Assembly (NCBI GenBank): GCA_963707025.1
Contig: CAVPOM010000014.1
Span: 96,001-160,000 of the forward strand
DNA from: an uncultured Verrucomicrobiae bacterium
GTDB taxonomy: Bacteria > Verrucomicrobiota > Verrucomicrobiia > Limisphaerales > Palsa-1400
Direction of reading: 5' to 3'
Length of the DNA stretch: 64,000 nucleotides
Under the pieces are notes generated by a model that was given only the letters and a program-made list of their open reading frames with translations, was not told the origin of the DNA and made no database searches. Shown here one piece after another: positions 17,783-29,100 of the stretch. The position numbers were made by a program, and so were the translations under genes. How positions within the stretch are numbered: position 1 is the stretch's first letter; every line of letters begins with the position of its first letter.

Positions 17783-18634
17783 TCACAGTTCCGCGACGGC
17801 GCTGAAGGCGGGCAAGGGAAAGGAAAGCAGCGCCTGCGCCTTGGCGCAATTCAGCGAAACATCCGCCGGACGCGGCGGCCCGGTGTAATCCTTTTGCGAG
17901 CCAACCTCGATGCGCGCCTCCAGTTCCGGATGGCGCGCCGCCACCACCCGCCCGATTTGCACGCGGGACAGCCGTTCGCTTCCGGCCAGATGATACAGGC
18001 CGGCGCAGCCCGGCCGGGCCAGTTCCCAGACCGCCCGGGCCGTCACCGCCGCCGGCAGCGGGCAGCGGAATTCATCGCTAAATAGTTTGACACTCGCGCC
18101 CGCGCGCCAGCGGTTCGCCATCTCCTCGTTGAAGGAGCGCCGCCCCGAAAGGGTGGTCCCGCTGTTCAAGCCCACGCGCAGCACGATGTGCCGCCGGTTG
18201 CGCAGGATGATTTCCTCGGCGGCGGCCTTGGTTTCCGCGTAGCAGTTCAGCGGATTGGGCGGGTCGGACTCCGCGTAGCCGCCCTTGCGTCCGTCAAAAA
18301 CCAGGTCGCTGGAAAAAAAGACGAACCCGCTCTCCGCCGCCAGCGCGGCCAGATGGGCGGCGGCCTCCACGTTCAAGCGCCGGGCGGCGGCGGGATCGGC
18401 CTGGCAATCGGCCGTCCGCGTCAAGGCGGCGCAGTGAATCACCCATTGCGGCCGGTCGGCGCGAAATTTCTTCTCGACGGCGGCGAAGTCGGTCAAATCC
18501 AGGTCCCCATGCCTCAGCGGGATGACGTGAAACTGCGGCGCAAACTTAGTCGCGGCCAGCACCAGATGATGGCCAATCAAACCACCCGCCCCCGTCACCC
18601 AAACCCGTGGCTGGTCCTGTTTCACAATCAGCAT
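17783..18634 (-). CDS. RmlD/RfbD-like extended SDR oxidoreductase
   Basis: VTGAGGLIG, HCAA, SSDLVFDG, PLNCYAETK, GLYHLAG. Confidence 0.85.
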   Translation of the reverse strand: MLIVKQDQPRVWVTGAGGLIGHHLVLAATKFAPQFHVIPLRHGDLDLTDFAAVEKKFRADRPQWVIHCAALTRTADCQADPAAARRLNVEAAAHLAALAAESGFVFFSSDLVFDGRKGGYAESDPPNPLNCYAETKAAAEEIILRNRRHIVLRVGLNSGTTLSGRRSFNEEMANRWRAGASVKLFSDEFRCPLPAAVTARAVWELARPGCAGLYHLAGSERLSRVQIGRVVAARHPELEARIEVGSQKDYTGPPRPADVSLNCAKAQALLSFPLPAFSAVAEL

Positions 18635-19535
<901 letters not shown>

Positions 19536-19539
<4 letters not shown>

Positions 19540-20576
19540 CGCAGCTTCAGGCTTTGGTGCGAGCCGCGGGCGGTGTGCTTCGAGGATGCTGGGTGCTGCC
19601 GGTGACGTCCTGCTCCTCGGCGGCCGGCGGGACCGGTCTGGCCGAACAGTTCGCGGATGAATTTGCCGAGCGTCTCGTTGGTCGGGCCGTAGCCGCGGTG
19701 ATAGATGTAATACTCCAGGTCGTAGAGCAACTCATCGGCGGTGGCGTAACGGCTGGACAGGTCGCGCGCCAGGCAGTGCGATGCAGGATTTCGTTGAGCG
19801 CGGTCGTCAATGCGCGGATCGAGCGTGCGGAAATCGGGAATCGGCATGGTTCATGATGCGCTGGCGCGATTCCTCGGCGTTGGCGCCTTTGAAGATATTG
19901 TCGCCCGAGCAGCAAATGCGCCAGCACCACGCCGGCGGAAAACAGGTCGGAGCGCTTGTCGGTGATTTGGAAATCGGCCTGCTCCGGGCTCATGTAATCG
20001 GCCTTGCCCGCCACCACTTCGCCTTCCTGGTCGGTCAGAAAGCCGCGCGCCTTGGCGATGCCGAAGTCGGTCAGCTTCACGTCGCCTTCAAAGGCGATCA
20101 TGATGTTTTTGAAACTCACGTCGCGGTGGACAATGCCCAGCGGCTTGCCGTCCTTGTCGGTTTTGGCGTGCGCGTAGGCCAGCCCGCGCGCGACGCGGCT
20201 GGTGATGAACACGGCCAGTTCCTTCGGCAGCGACGCGTTTTTTATCAGCCAGTTGCTGGGTGAATTGCTCCAGGTTCACGCCGCGGATCAATTCCATGCA
20301 GATGAAATAGACGCCGTTGGTCCTCGCCCAGATGGTAGGTCTGGACGATGTTCGTGTGGATCAGGTCGGCGACCAGCTTGGCCTCGCCGATGAAGTTCTC
20401 GATGAACATGCTTCTGGCTGGCGTAATTCTGGCCGGATGACCTTGATGGCCACGCGCTTGACGAAGTCGCGCGCGCCGTGCTGCTCGGCTTCATAAACCA
20501 TGCCCATGCCGCCTTCGAAAATCTTGCGGACAATCTCGTAGCGGAACTCGCTTTGGATGGTGAAGAGCGCTGCCAC
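19536..20576 (-). CDS. Hanks-type Ser/Thr protein kinase; multiple frameshifts in this assembly
   Basis: Across frames: [57 protein letters not shown]. Confidence 0.85.
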
Positions 20577-20582
20577 GAGGGG

Positions 20583-20610
20583 ATGTTGGGAAATTGCCCG
20601 CTCATGTCAA
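20583..20610 (-). promoter_or_regulatory. Putative sigma70 promoter of the kinase operon, leaderless geometry
   Basis: Minus strand TTGACA-16 nt-CAACAT, 6 nt before GTG at 20576. Confidence 0.5.
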
Positions 20611-20737
20611 GCTCTGGCCTGATTTATTATTTTTCTCCTTGCACCCCCGCGGCAAACCGATTTAATAAGACCGGACCAAGCTCCATGACGACGATTCATG
20701 CCGGATCATCGCCTGAGCAACTAACCGAGCACGCACT

Positions 20738-21025
20738 ATGTCAAGAAGACTCTCCAAAGCGCAGCTTGCCGCCGCCATTGCCGCCCAGAGCGGCCTGACC
20801 AAAAAAGCCAGCGTGGAACTGCTGGATCACCTGGCCGCCCTGGCCTACAAACATGCCAAGGACACCTTCACCATCCCGGGCATCGGCAAACTGGTGGTGG
20901 GCTATCGCAAGGCCCGCAAAGGCCACAACCCCAAAACGCTCGCCCCCTTGGATATTCCGGCCAAAAAAGTGCTCAAATTCCGCATCGCCCAGGCCGCCAA
21001 AGATGCCATCCTCGGCCCCCAATAA
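20738..21025 (+). CDS. HU/IHF-family DNA-binding protein
   Basis: SKAQLAAAIA, IPGIGKL, RKARKGHNPKT, IPAKKVLKFR. Confidence 0.92.
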   Translation: MSRRLSKAQLAAAIAAQSGLTKKASVELLDHLAALAYKHAKDTFTIPGIGKLVVGYRKARKGHNPKTLAPLDIPAKKVLKFRIAQAAKDAILGPQ

Positions 21026-21115
21026 TTTGCCCATCTCCCCAAAGGCGCTCCGCGGTCCGGTCAGGGCGCCCGTTTCATCCCCGGGCCAGGCGGCCGCGCT
21101 CGCGCGTTTCCCCGG

Positions 21116-22075
21116 ATGAAAATTGCCATCCTCGGCTGCGGCGCCTTGGGCAGCTACTATGGCGCCCGCCTTTGCCGGGCCGGCCAGGAGGTTCATTTTC
21201 TCCTCCGTTCTGATTACGAGGCGGTCCGCCGCGACGGCGTCCACATTCAAAGTGTGGAGGGCGATTTCCATGTCCGCCCCAAGTGCGCCCGGCATCCCGC
21301 TGACATCGGCCCCGCCGGCCTGGTCCTCATCGGGCTTAAAACCACGGCCAACGGCGCCTTGCCGGAACTTCTCCCGCCGCTGGTCGGACCCGCCACGGCC
21401 GTTCTGACCCTGCAAAACGGCCTGGGCAACGAGGCCCTCATCGCGTCCCTGGCCGGCCCGGAAAAGACCTTGGGCGGCCTTTGCTTTGTCTGTCTAAACC
21501 GGCTGGCCCCGGGAAAGATCCGCCATATCGCCCACGGCAACGTCGTGGTGGGCGAATTTGCGCGCCCATCCCAGCCGCGCACCCGGCAAATCGCCGGTCT
21601 TTTCGCTCAATCCGGGGTGCCTTGCGCCGTCAGCGAAAACCTCGAACAGTCCCACTGGGAAAAACTGGTTTGGAACATCCCTTTTAACGGGCTGGGCGTG
21701 GCCGGTTGCGCGGGGGTGGAGGCGGTGTGGCGCGGCCGGCTTGATCCCGCACTCGAGCGCGGGCCTTGCCTGACCACCGACCGGCTGCTGGCCGATGCGC
21801 GCTGGGCGCAACTGGTGGGCGAACTGATGATGGAAACCATCCGCACCGCCCAGTCCCTGGGTCTGGCCGTGGCTGACAGCGAAGCGGACCGCAATATTGA
21901 GCGGACGCTGAAGATGGGAGCTTACAAGGCCTCCACCCTGCTGGATTTCGAGCGCGGCCAGGAACTGGAATTGGAAGCCCTTTTTCTGGCGCCCCTGCGC
22001 GCCGCCCGGCAGGCCGGCGTCGCCACCCCGCGTCTCTCCGCCCTCTGCGCCCTCCTCCAGCAATTGGCGCGTTGA
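21116..22075 (+). CDS. panE: 2-dehydropantoate 2-reductase
   Basis: ILGCGALGSYYG, LQNGLGNE, WEKLVWN, STLLDFERG, ELE. Confidence 0.88.
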   Translation: MKIAILGCGALGSYYGARLCRAGQEVHFLLRSDYEAVRRDGVHIQSVEGDFHVRPKCARHPADIGPAGLVLIGLKTTANGALPELLPPLVGPATAVLTLQNGLGNEALIASLAGPEKTLGGLCFVCLNRLAPGKIRHIAHGNVVVGEFARPSQPRTRQIAGLFAQSGVPCAVSENLEQSHWEKLVWNIPFNGLGVAGCAGVEAVWRGRLDPALERGPCLTTDRLLADARWAQLVGELMMETIRTAQSLGLAVADSEADRNIERTLKMGAYKASTLLDFERGQELELEALFLAPLRAARQAGVATPRLSALCALLQQLAR

Positions 22076-22085
22076 CAATCATCGT

Positions 22086-22114
22086 TTGCCAATCGCCCCG
22101 TTTGCGGCTATATT
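22086..22114 (+). promoter_or_regulatory. Putative sigma70 promoter of folE2
   Basis: TTGCCA-17 nt-TATATT. Confidence 0.6.
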
Positions 22115-22129
22115 TTCCACCGCATTGTT

Positions 22130-22949
22130 ATGGGCACCATGAGTTTGTCACCACCAACACCCGGGCTGAAGCGCGAAGCCATGACGGATAAACAGAGCGA
22201 GCGCGACCATCGCCAGTTGCGCATTGACAAGGTGGGCGTGCGCGGCTTGCGCTTCCCCATCCAAATCCGGGACAAGGAGCGGACCCTGCAGAACACCATC
22301 GCCACCATCGGCATGTACGTGGATCTGCCGCACGAATTCAAAGGCACCCACATGAGCCGCTTCATCGAGGTGCTCAACTCCCACGGCAACGTGGTGCATG
22401 TGGAGAATATCACCGATATTCTCCGGGCCATGCAGGCCCGGCTCAAGTCCGCCGCCGCCCACCTGGAAATGGAGTTCCCCTTTTTCCTCGTCAAAAAAGC
22501 GCCGGTTTCGGGGATGGAAAGCGTGATGGATTACACCGCGCGCTTCGACGCCACGGCGTTTGGCCGGGAAATTGATTTCGTGCTGACGGTGCGGGTGGGC
22601 GTGACCACCCTGTGCCCCTGTTCCAAGGCCATCAGCCGGCATGGGGCGCACAACCAGCGGGGCTTGGTCACCGTCCAGGTGCGTTCCCGGCGCGCCATTT
22701 GGATTGAAGATTTGATCGCGCTGGTGGAAAGCTCGGCCAGTTCGGAGTTGTATTCCCTGCTCAAACGGCAGGACGAAAAGGCGGTGACGGAATGGGCCTA
22801 CGAACATCCGGTATTCGTGGAGGATCTTGGTGCGCAATGTTGCCCTGCAGCTCAACGCCCATCCCGACGTGACCTGGTACAAGGCCGAAGCGGAGAATTT
22901 CGAGAGCATCCACAACCATAACGCCTACGCCTGCATCGAAAAAGGATAG
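22130..22949 (+). CDS. folE2: GTP cyclohydrolase IB (FolE2); one extra base near 22828
   Basis: [32 protein letters not shown]; conserved end VRNVA...[13 protein letters not shown] continues in another frame to TAG at 22949. Confidence 0.93.
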
Positions 22950-22970
22950 GGTCGAAAAACGTCTTTTGGC

Positions 22971-22998
22971 CGGCGGGCGTCCCGCCGATATTTTTCTT
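22971..22998 (+). terminator. Probable intrinsic terminator after folE2
   Basis: CGGCGGG-CGT-CCCGCCG hairpin followed by ATATTTTTCTT. Confidence 0.55.
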
Positions 22999-23129
22999 GA
23001 GAAAAGTGTGGCGTTTTTCACCCCCTTTGCTACAGTCCCCCGCCCGCTCCAGGCGGAGGCGCCGGCCGCAAGGCTTCCCCGCCGGGCCAGGGCGATGGCT
23101 TGGATCGTGTGACGAGAAATAAACAGACA

Positions 23130-23702
23130 ATGAAGAAAATGCAAAAGCCGGCCAGGGCCAAAAAGAGCCTGACCTCGGCCACCGCCGCTTCCATTTTGGG
23201 CATGGGCAGCGCCCGGCCAAAAGACAAAAGCCCCAGGCCGGTCAAGGTCAAGGCGGAATGGGCCAAGTACCACCAGCATCTGCTGGAGCTGCGGGAACGG
23301 CTGCAGGCGCAAATGAGCGGCCTGGCCAAGGAATCCGCCGAGGAGATGACCAATTACAGCCTGCACATGGCCGATTCGGGCACGGATAATTTTGACCGCG
23401 ATTTTGCCTTGAGCCTGCTCTCCTCCGACCAGGACGCGATTTACGAGATTGAAGAGGCCCTCAAGCGCATCGAGAAAAACACCTATGGCATCTGCGAATT
23501 GAGCGGCAAAGCCATTCCCCGGACCCGGCTGGATGCCATCCCCTGGACCCGTTTCACCGTCGAGGCCCAAAGCCAGCTCGAACGGGACGGCGCCCTGCGC
23601 CAGCGGCGCCTGGGCCAACTGGGCACGGTGGACACCACCGGTGGCGGGGATGTGGAGGAAGAGGAAGAGGCCGAGGAAAAACCCGTCAAAGACAAGGAAT
23701 AG
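23130..23702 (+). CDS. TraR/DksA-family transcription factor
   Basis: Coiled coil with HMADSGTD tip, [38 protein letters not shown]; acidic tail. Confidence 0.9.
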   Translation: MKKMQKPARAKKSLTSATAASILGMGSARPKDKSPRPVKVKAEWAKYHQHLLELRERLQAQMSGLAKESAEEMTNYSLHMADSGTDNFDRDFALSLLSSDQDAIYEIEEALKRIEKNTYGICELSGKAIPRTRLDAIPWTRFTVEAQSQLERDGALRQRRLGQLGTVDTTGGGDVEEEEEAEEKPVKDKE

Positions 23703-23703
23703 C

Positions 23704-23871
23704 ATGCCCCGCGAAATCATCACCATCGAATGCACCGAAGCGCGCAAGGAAGGCAAATCCCCTTCCCGCTACACCACCACCCGCAACAAAAAACTCAAGA
23801 CCGAGAAATTGGAAATCAAAAAATACAATCCGGCCCTGCGCCGCCACACCGTCCATCGCGAAGTCAAATAA
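23704..23871 (+). CDS. rpmG: 50S ribosomal protein L33
   Basis: [11 protein letters not shown]...RYTTTRNKK...[21 protein letters not shown]. Confidence 0.95.
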   Translation: MPREIITIECTEARKEGKSPSRYTTTRNKKLKTEKLEIKKYNPALRRHTVHREVK

Positions 23872-23874
23872 CCT

Positions 23875-24141
23875 ATGCCACGCAAGACCCATACCGACAA
23901 GCCCGGCGCCCGCGGCAGCCGGGGCAAATCCACTTCCCTGGAGGTCCGCACTCCCCGGCCCAAACCCAAAATTGATTTCACGGTGGACGCGCTGGACTAC
24001 AAGAATGTCGCCCTGCTCAAGCAATTTGTCACCGACCAGGGCCGCATTCTCCCCCGCAAGTACACCGGCCTGCCCGCCCACTATCAGCGCCAGCTCAACC
24101 GCTCCATCAAGCGGGCCCGCCAGATGTTGCTGATGAAGTAA
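23875..24141 (+). CDS. rpsR: 30S ribosomal protein S18
   Basis: [26 protein letters not shown]...[12 protein letters not shown]. Confidence 0.95.
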   Translation: MPRKTHTDKPGARGSRGKSTSLEVRTPRPKPKIDFTVDALDYKNVALLKQFVTDQGRILPRKYTGLPAHYQRQLNRSIKRARQMLLMK

Positions 24142-25542
24142 ATGAGACGCATTGGCATCCTGACCGCCGGAGGCGACACGCCCGCGCTCAACGCCACCAT
24201 TCACGGGGCCGTCATGCGCGCCAACCAGCTCCGGCTGGAAATCACCGGCATCATCAAAGGCTTCAACGGCCTGTTCAATCCGCGCGTCCCGCATGTCCAG
24301 CTCAATCCCCTCTTCCAGGGCATTCCGGAACTGGACCCGACCAAAGGCGGCACCCTGATCGGATCGTCGCGCGATTATGTGGATCCGGACAACAAGGAGC
24401 AGTTGGACGAGGTGGCGCTGCGCTTGCAGAAGCTTGGGGTGGAGGGGCTGATTTGCGTGGGGGGCGATGGCACGCTCAACGGCCTGCAGCCGCTCTGCGA
24501 CCGCCTGCCCGTGGTGCTGGCGCCCAAGACCATTGACAACGACCTGGGCCTGAATTACGCCAGCGAGCCGGAGGAGTGGGTGCGCAGCGCCGATCCGGCC
24601 CACCCAGGCAAATTCCACTACAAACGGATTGAAGCCAACGTCGCCTTCCATCCCGATCACATCATCAACTACGTCACGCCCGGCTACGCCACCGCCGTCT
24701 TCGTCTCCGCCACCGGCGTGCATCGTCTGCGCACCACGGCGGAAAGCCACCGGCGCATTGCCATCATCGAGGTGATGGGGCGCCATGCCGGCTTCCTCGC
24801 GCTGGGCACGGCCTACGGATGCCCGGACATCATTCTCATCCCCGAACATCCGCTGGACCTGGAACGGCTGGTGGAGCGTGTCAAGCAGACTTATGATTTA
24901 CAGAAAAACGTCGTCATCGTCTGCGGCGAAGGGATCGTGGATGAACAGGGCAAGGAACTGGCCGCGGAAACCAACACCACCGATCCGGCCGGCAACCTGG
25001 TCCTGAGCGGCGCGGCCGAGGCCCTCCGGGCCAAATTGATCCAGATGATGGGCGACCACTATTTTCAGCATTATCGCCGGGGCGGCTCGGCCAGCGAGGC
25101 CATCTTCATCCGCAAAGTCGGCCACACGCAGCGCGGCGGGCGGCCCATCCTGTTTGACCGTTTTTATGCCGCGGAATTGGGCGCCAAAACGGTGGACATG
25201 CTGCTGGAAGGACAGAACAACGGCGTGGCCATCCTCCAGTATGATGCCGGCCGAGGTTTCCATGTGGAAAGTTACGATGGCAACCGTTTCCGCGACCGCT
25301 GGGGTCGCATCCATCCGCGGCAAATGCCCCCGGAGTTTTACGACGCCAGGCTGATGAAGCCCTCGCACGTTGGCATCAATTACCTGCTGCCCATTTTCAA
25401 CAATGCCATCGGCAATGATGACATGGAGCACACGCGCCAGACGCTCTTTGCGCCCGGCAACCTCGTCCAGCCCTATCATTCCATCAACACGGACATTGAC
25501 AAGCGCATCCGCTATATTATCCCGGAAGCCAGCGCCCCGTGA
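24142..25542 (+). CDS. pfkA: 6-phosphofructokinase (PfkA family)
   Basis: ILTAGGDTPALN, GGTLIGSSR, GGDGT, PKTIDNDL, EVMGRHAGF, GHTQRGG. Confidence 0.88.
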   Translation: MRRIGILTAGGDTPALNATIHGAVMRANQLRLEITGIIKGFNGLFNPRVPHVQLNPLFQGIPELDPTKGGTLIGSSRDYVDPDNKEQLDEVALRLQKLGVEGLICVGGDGTLNGLQPLCDRLPVVLAPKTIDNDLGLNYASEPEEWVRSADPAHPGKFHYKRIEANVAFHPDHIINYVTPGYATAVFVSATGVHRLRTTAESHRRIAIIEVMGRHAGFLALGTAYGCPDIILIPEHPLDLERLVERVKQTYDLQKNVVIVCGEGIVDEQGKELAAETNTTDPAGNLVLSGAAEALRAKLIQMMGDHYFQHYRRGGSASEAIFIRKVGHTQRGGRPILFDRFYAAELGAKTVDMLLEGQNNGVAILQYDAGRGFHVESYDGNRFRDRWGRIHPRQMPPEFYDARLMKPSHVGINYLLPIFNNAIGNDDMEHTRQTLFAPGNLVQPYHSINTDIDKRIRYIIPEASAP

Positions 25543-26110
25543 TTTTCAGCAACTGGGCGGCGTGCATCTCCAGCGTGGTGCCGGTCCACACCACAAAATC
25601 GGCATGCGCGATTTTTTTATCAACCGGCCACTGGGCTTCGATGCGCTGCCTGCTTTGAACGGCATCCCAGCCGCGCGCGCGCAAACGCCGGGCCTGCGCG
25701 GCGGCCGAACAGGCCACGCAGATGGTCGCATCCAATTGCTCCTCCGCCTTGGTTTCAAACAGCAAGGGAATGATCACGGCCCCGCAGGGGCGCCCGCTTT
25801 TGCGCCAGGTGTCCGCTTCGGCCTTCCATAAAGCCCGGATGCGGGGATGGAGGATGGCTTCCAAAGCGGCGCGGGCGGTGGGATTGGCGAAGATCTGCCG
25901 GGCCAGTTCTTTCCGGTCCAGGCGTCCGTCTGCAAGCAAGACCGCGGGGCCGAATCTTTCCCGAATTTCCGCCAGCGCCGGTTGCCCGGGCTCCACGATT
26001 TGCCGGGCGGTGTCATCGGTGTCAACGACCGCCACGCCCTGTTGCCGGAGCAGACGGCCGGCGGTGGATTTGCCCATGGCGATGCCGCCGGTAATGCCAA
26101 AAAGCTTCAT
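25517..26110 (-). CDS. coaE: Dephospho-CoA kinase
   Basis: GITGGIAMGKST, LDRKELA, LEAILHP, IPLLFE. Confidence 0.95.
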   Translation of the reverse strand: MKLFGITGGIAMGKSTAGRLLRQQGVAVVDTDDTARQIVEPGQPALAEIRERFGPAVLLADGRLDRKELARQIFANPTARAALEAILHPRIRALWKAEADTWRKSGRPCGAVIIPLLFETKAEEQLDATICVACSAAAQARRLRARGWDAVQSRQRIEAQWPVDKKIAHADFVVWTGTTLEMHAAQLLKITGRWLPG

Positions 26111-26119
26111 CAGGAAGCG

Positions 26120-29100
26120 TTACTGCGGCAAATGCAGGGCGCGATAGAACCGCTCCTGGCCGTTGGTCACGCTGTTGGTCAGAATGAGCAGGCCGGTGGC
26201 GCTGGCGGTGTTGGTGGAAAGGCTGGTCCAGGAGATGAGATCGGTGGAAACCTGGACGATGTAATTCTGCTCAGGATAGCCTAAAAGGGTCAGTCTCAGG
26301 TTGTTGGTCAGGTAGGCGGCCTGCAGGACGGGCACGGACGTCAGGACGATGACGGTGTTGGAAACCGAGGCGGCTGACCCGGCGGCGTTGGTGACGACGG
26401 CGGAATTGAAGACCGAGCCGGGCTGGAGCGGCTGCACCTGGAGGGTGGCGGTGGCCGTGGCGCCGGCATTCGTGAGGTCGCCGAGGCTGAAGGTGACGAA
26501 GCCCGGAACATTAGTATTGACCGTTCCCTGGGAAGACGCGGCGGCAATCAGGCCGGCGGCGGCGGGAAGCGTGTCCGTCAACAACACGTTGCTCGCGCCG
26601 GACGGGCCGAGGTTGGTCACGGTGATCTGGTAGGTGAGGTAATTGCCGGCATAAACCGGGTCCGGGGCGGGGGTCATGCTCACCGCCAGGCTGAGGGGAG
26701 GGTTGATGGGGTTGACCATGGTCAGGCCCAGCGTCCAGCCGTTGGCGATGCTGCCATCGTTTCCCGGCCTGTCGTCATAAACATAAAGCGACCACAGCCC
26801 GCTGGGATTGCCGCCATTGAATATGCTCAGATTGGTGTTGGACGGCTGGCCGGAAATGCCGGGGAAGTAATCCAGCGGCGGGATCTGGCCGGGATGGTTG
26901 GTGCCCGAAACCAGGATGCTGTCGGTCAATGTATTGGTGGCGGCGTCATCAAAGCCCAGCACGATATTGGTCACACTGGACGGGCCCCCGCATGTGCCAT
27001 CAGCACCGTTTGCTGGCCCGAGGGGCTGGCCAGCAGCACATTGACATCATGCGGGAAACTATGGGTGAAACCCTGCAACGTGACCGTGACCCGGCCGATG
27101 ACCCCGTTGGTCGTGGCCACGGCAATCACCGCGGGATAAGGCGTGCCGGGGCCTGAATCCGGGATGATGATCAGGGCGTTGTTGGCGAAGCTCAATGGCG
27201 TGGCAACCGTAAATGGGAAGGTAACCGTTCCCAGGGAATAGGCATTGTCCATGAGCGAAAGTGCCGCCGTAATGGTTGAGCCAGGCGCGCCCCGGCCGGT
27301 CAAGGTGAAGCTTTGCGCCGCCGACCCTCCCGGGCCGATGACTCCGTAGTTTTGACTGGTGGTGACGGGTATCACTCCATTGCCCGACAGCAGCACCGCC
27401 GTCAGGTTGGTGGTGGCAGCCGCGCCGGTGTTTTCCAGGGTGAAGGCGACCGTGACGGTTTCGTTGGAAGCAATGGCGCCGGTGGGTGGGCTGGCGCTTT
27501 CCGCCAGCAGTCTGGCCCCATTGGCGACGATGACCGGCTCGGGATAGGTGACGGCCAGGACCAGCGTGGCGGCGTTGTTGGCCAGGTTGGTGTCCGCGGA
27601 GCCGGTGGACACCGTCCAGGTATTCGTGAGCGAGCCGGGCGCCGCGGGGGCGTTGGTGAACAGCGCCGTGGCAATGAAGCCGGGGGCAATCATGCCGAAA
27701 TTGTTGGAGAAAACGACGCCGCTCGAGCCGGCGACGCCCTGGGTGAGCAAGCCGACGACATTGAGCGCCAGATCGGGACCGTTGTTGGTGACGGTGAGGG
27801 TGTAAACCACGTTGCTCCCCACGACCACCGGGTTGGCGCCGGCGCTTGAGGAAACGGCGGCGGAAACATCCGACGTGGGCAAGACCACCATGACCGCGGC
27901 GACGGCCACGTTATTGTTCGTGTTCGGATCAATGAGCGAGGAACCGATGCTCGCCGTGCTGGCCTGGAGACCGGTGCCCGTGGCATTGGCCACAAAGCCC
28001 AAAGTCAGGTTGCTTTGGCCGGCCAGGGCGCCCAGATTGTAATACTGCGCCTGGCCAATTTGCTGATAGGGCGTGTATGCCGGGATGGTGTTGGAAACGA
28101 AGCTCATGCCCGCCCCAAGCACATTCGTCAAGAATACGCTGGCCGTATTGGTGCCCAAATTGGTGACCGTTATGGTGTAGGCCACCTGGTCCCCCAGCAT
28201 GGCCTGATTGGTGGAAGCGGTGATGGCCACCCCCAGGTCGGTAATCTGGTTAACCGGGGTGATGGTGGTGATGCCCAGTCCCCAGCCATTGGAGATGGCT
28301 CCGTAATCACCCGTGTGGCCGTCATAGGCGTATAAATACCACCATCCATTGGCCGCTGTGCCCGTGAAAACGGACAAATTGGTGTTATACGGAGGAGCTA
28401 TGCCGGGCACGTTGGTGAAAACCGGCGCATTGTATTCCGAGGGTTGATAACTTCCGCTGACCAGCGATCCAACGGCCGGCGCGGGGGTGGATGCGTTGTC
28501 GTCAAAGGTAATGGTGACGGGAATGGCGGCCGAGGAAGAATTGGCGGCCGCGGACATCAAAACCGAGCTTTGCCCGCCCGGCCCGACCAACAACAAGCTG
28601 ATATCATGCGGAAAAGTGTGCTCCAGGTTCGACACCGTGACGGTCACACCCGAGACAAAGGTGGTGATGCCGGAAACCCGGTTGCTGGAGGGATACGGAC
28701 CAGCCGGGCCGCTGGCCTCGTTGGTGGCCACGAAATTGGTGCCGGGAATGAAGATGACCTCGTTCTTCCAAAAAGTCGAAACCACGGGCATGACAAAGGT
28801 GAAGCTGACCGTGCCGAGGTTGGTCGGGCCGTCCTGCAATTGGAGCGAGGCCACGATGGTGCCGCCGTTGGTCGAGTTGTTGCTGAACATGAACTGGCCG
28901 GACGCAGTGCCGCCACCCGGGGCCAGCGCGCCATAAGTGGCCTGACCCTGGCCGGCGACCGGAAAGACCCCGCCGTTGGTTTGCAAGGTGGCCACCAGGT
29001 TGGTGGTCGGGATGTTGCCGATGTTCTCCAACAGAAATTCCACTCCCACCGTTTCACCCGGATTGACCGCGCCATTGGGCGGCGCAATGCCCTCCGAGGT

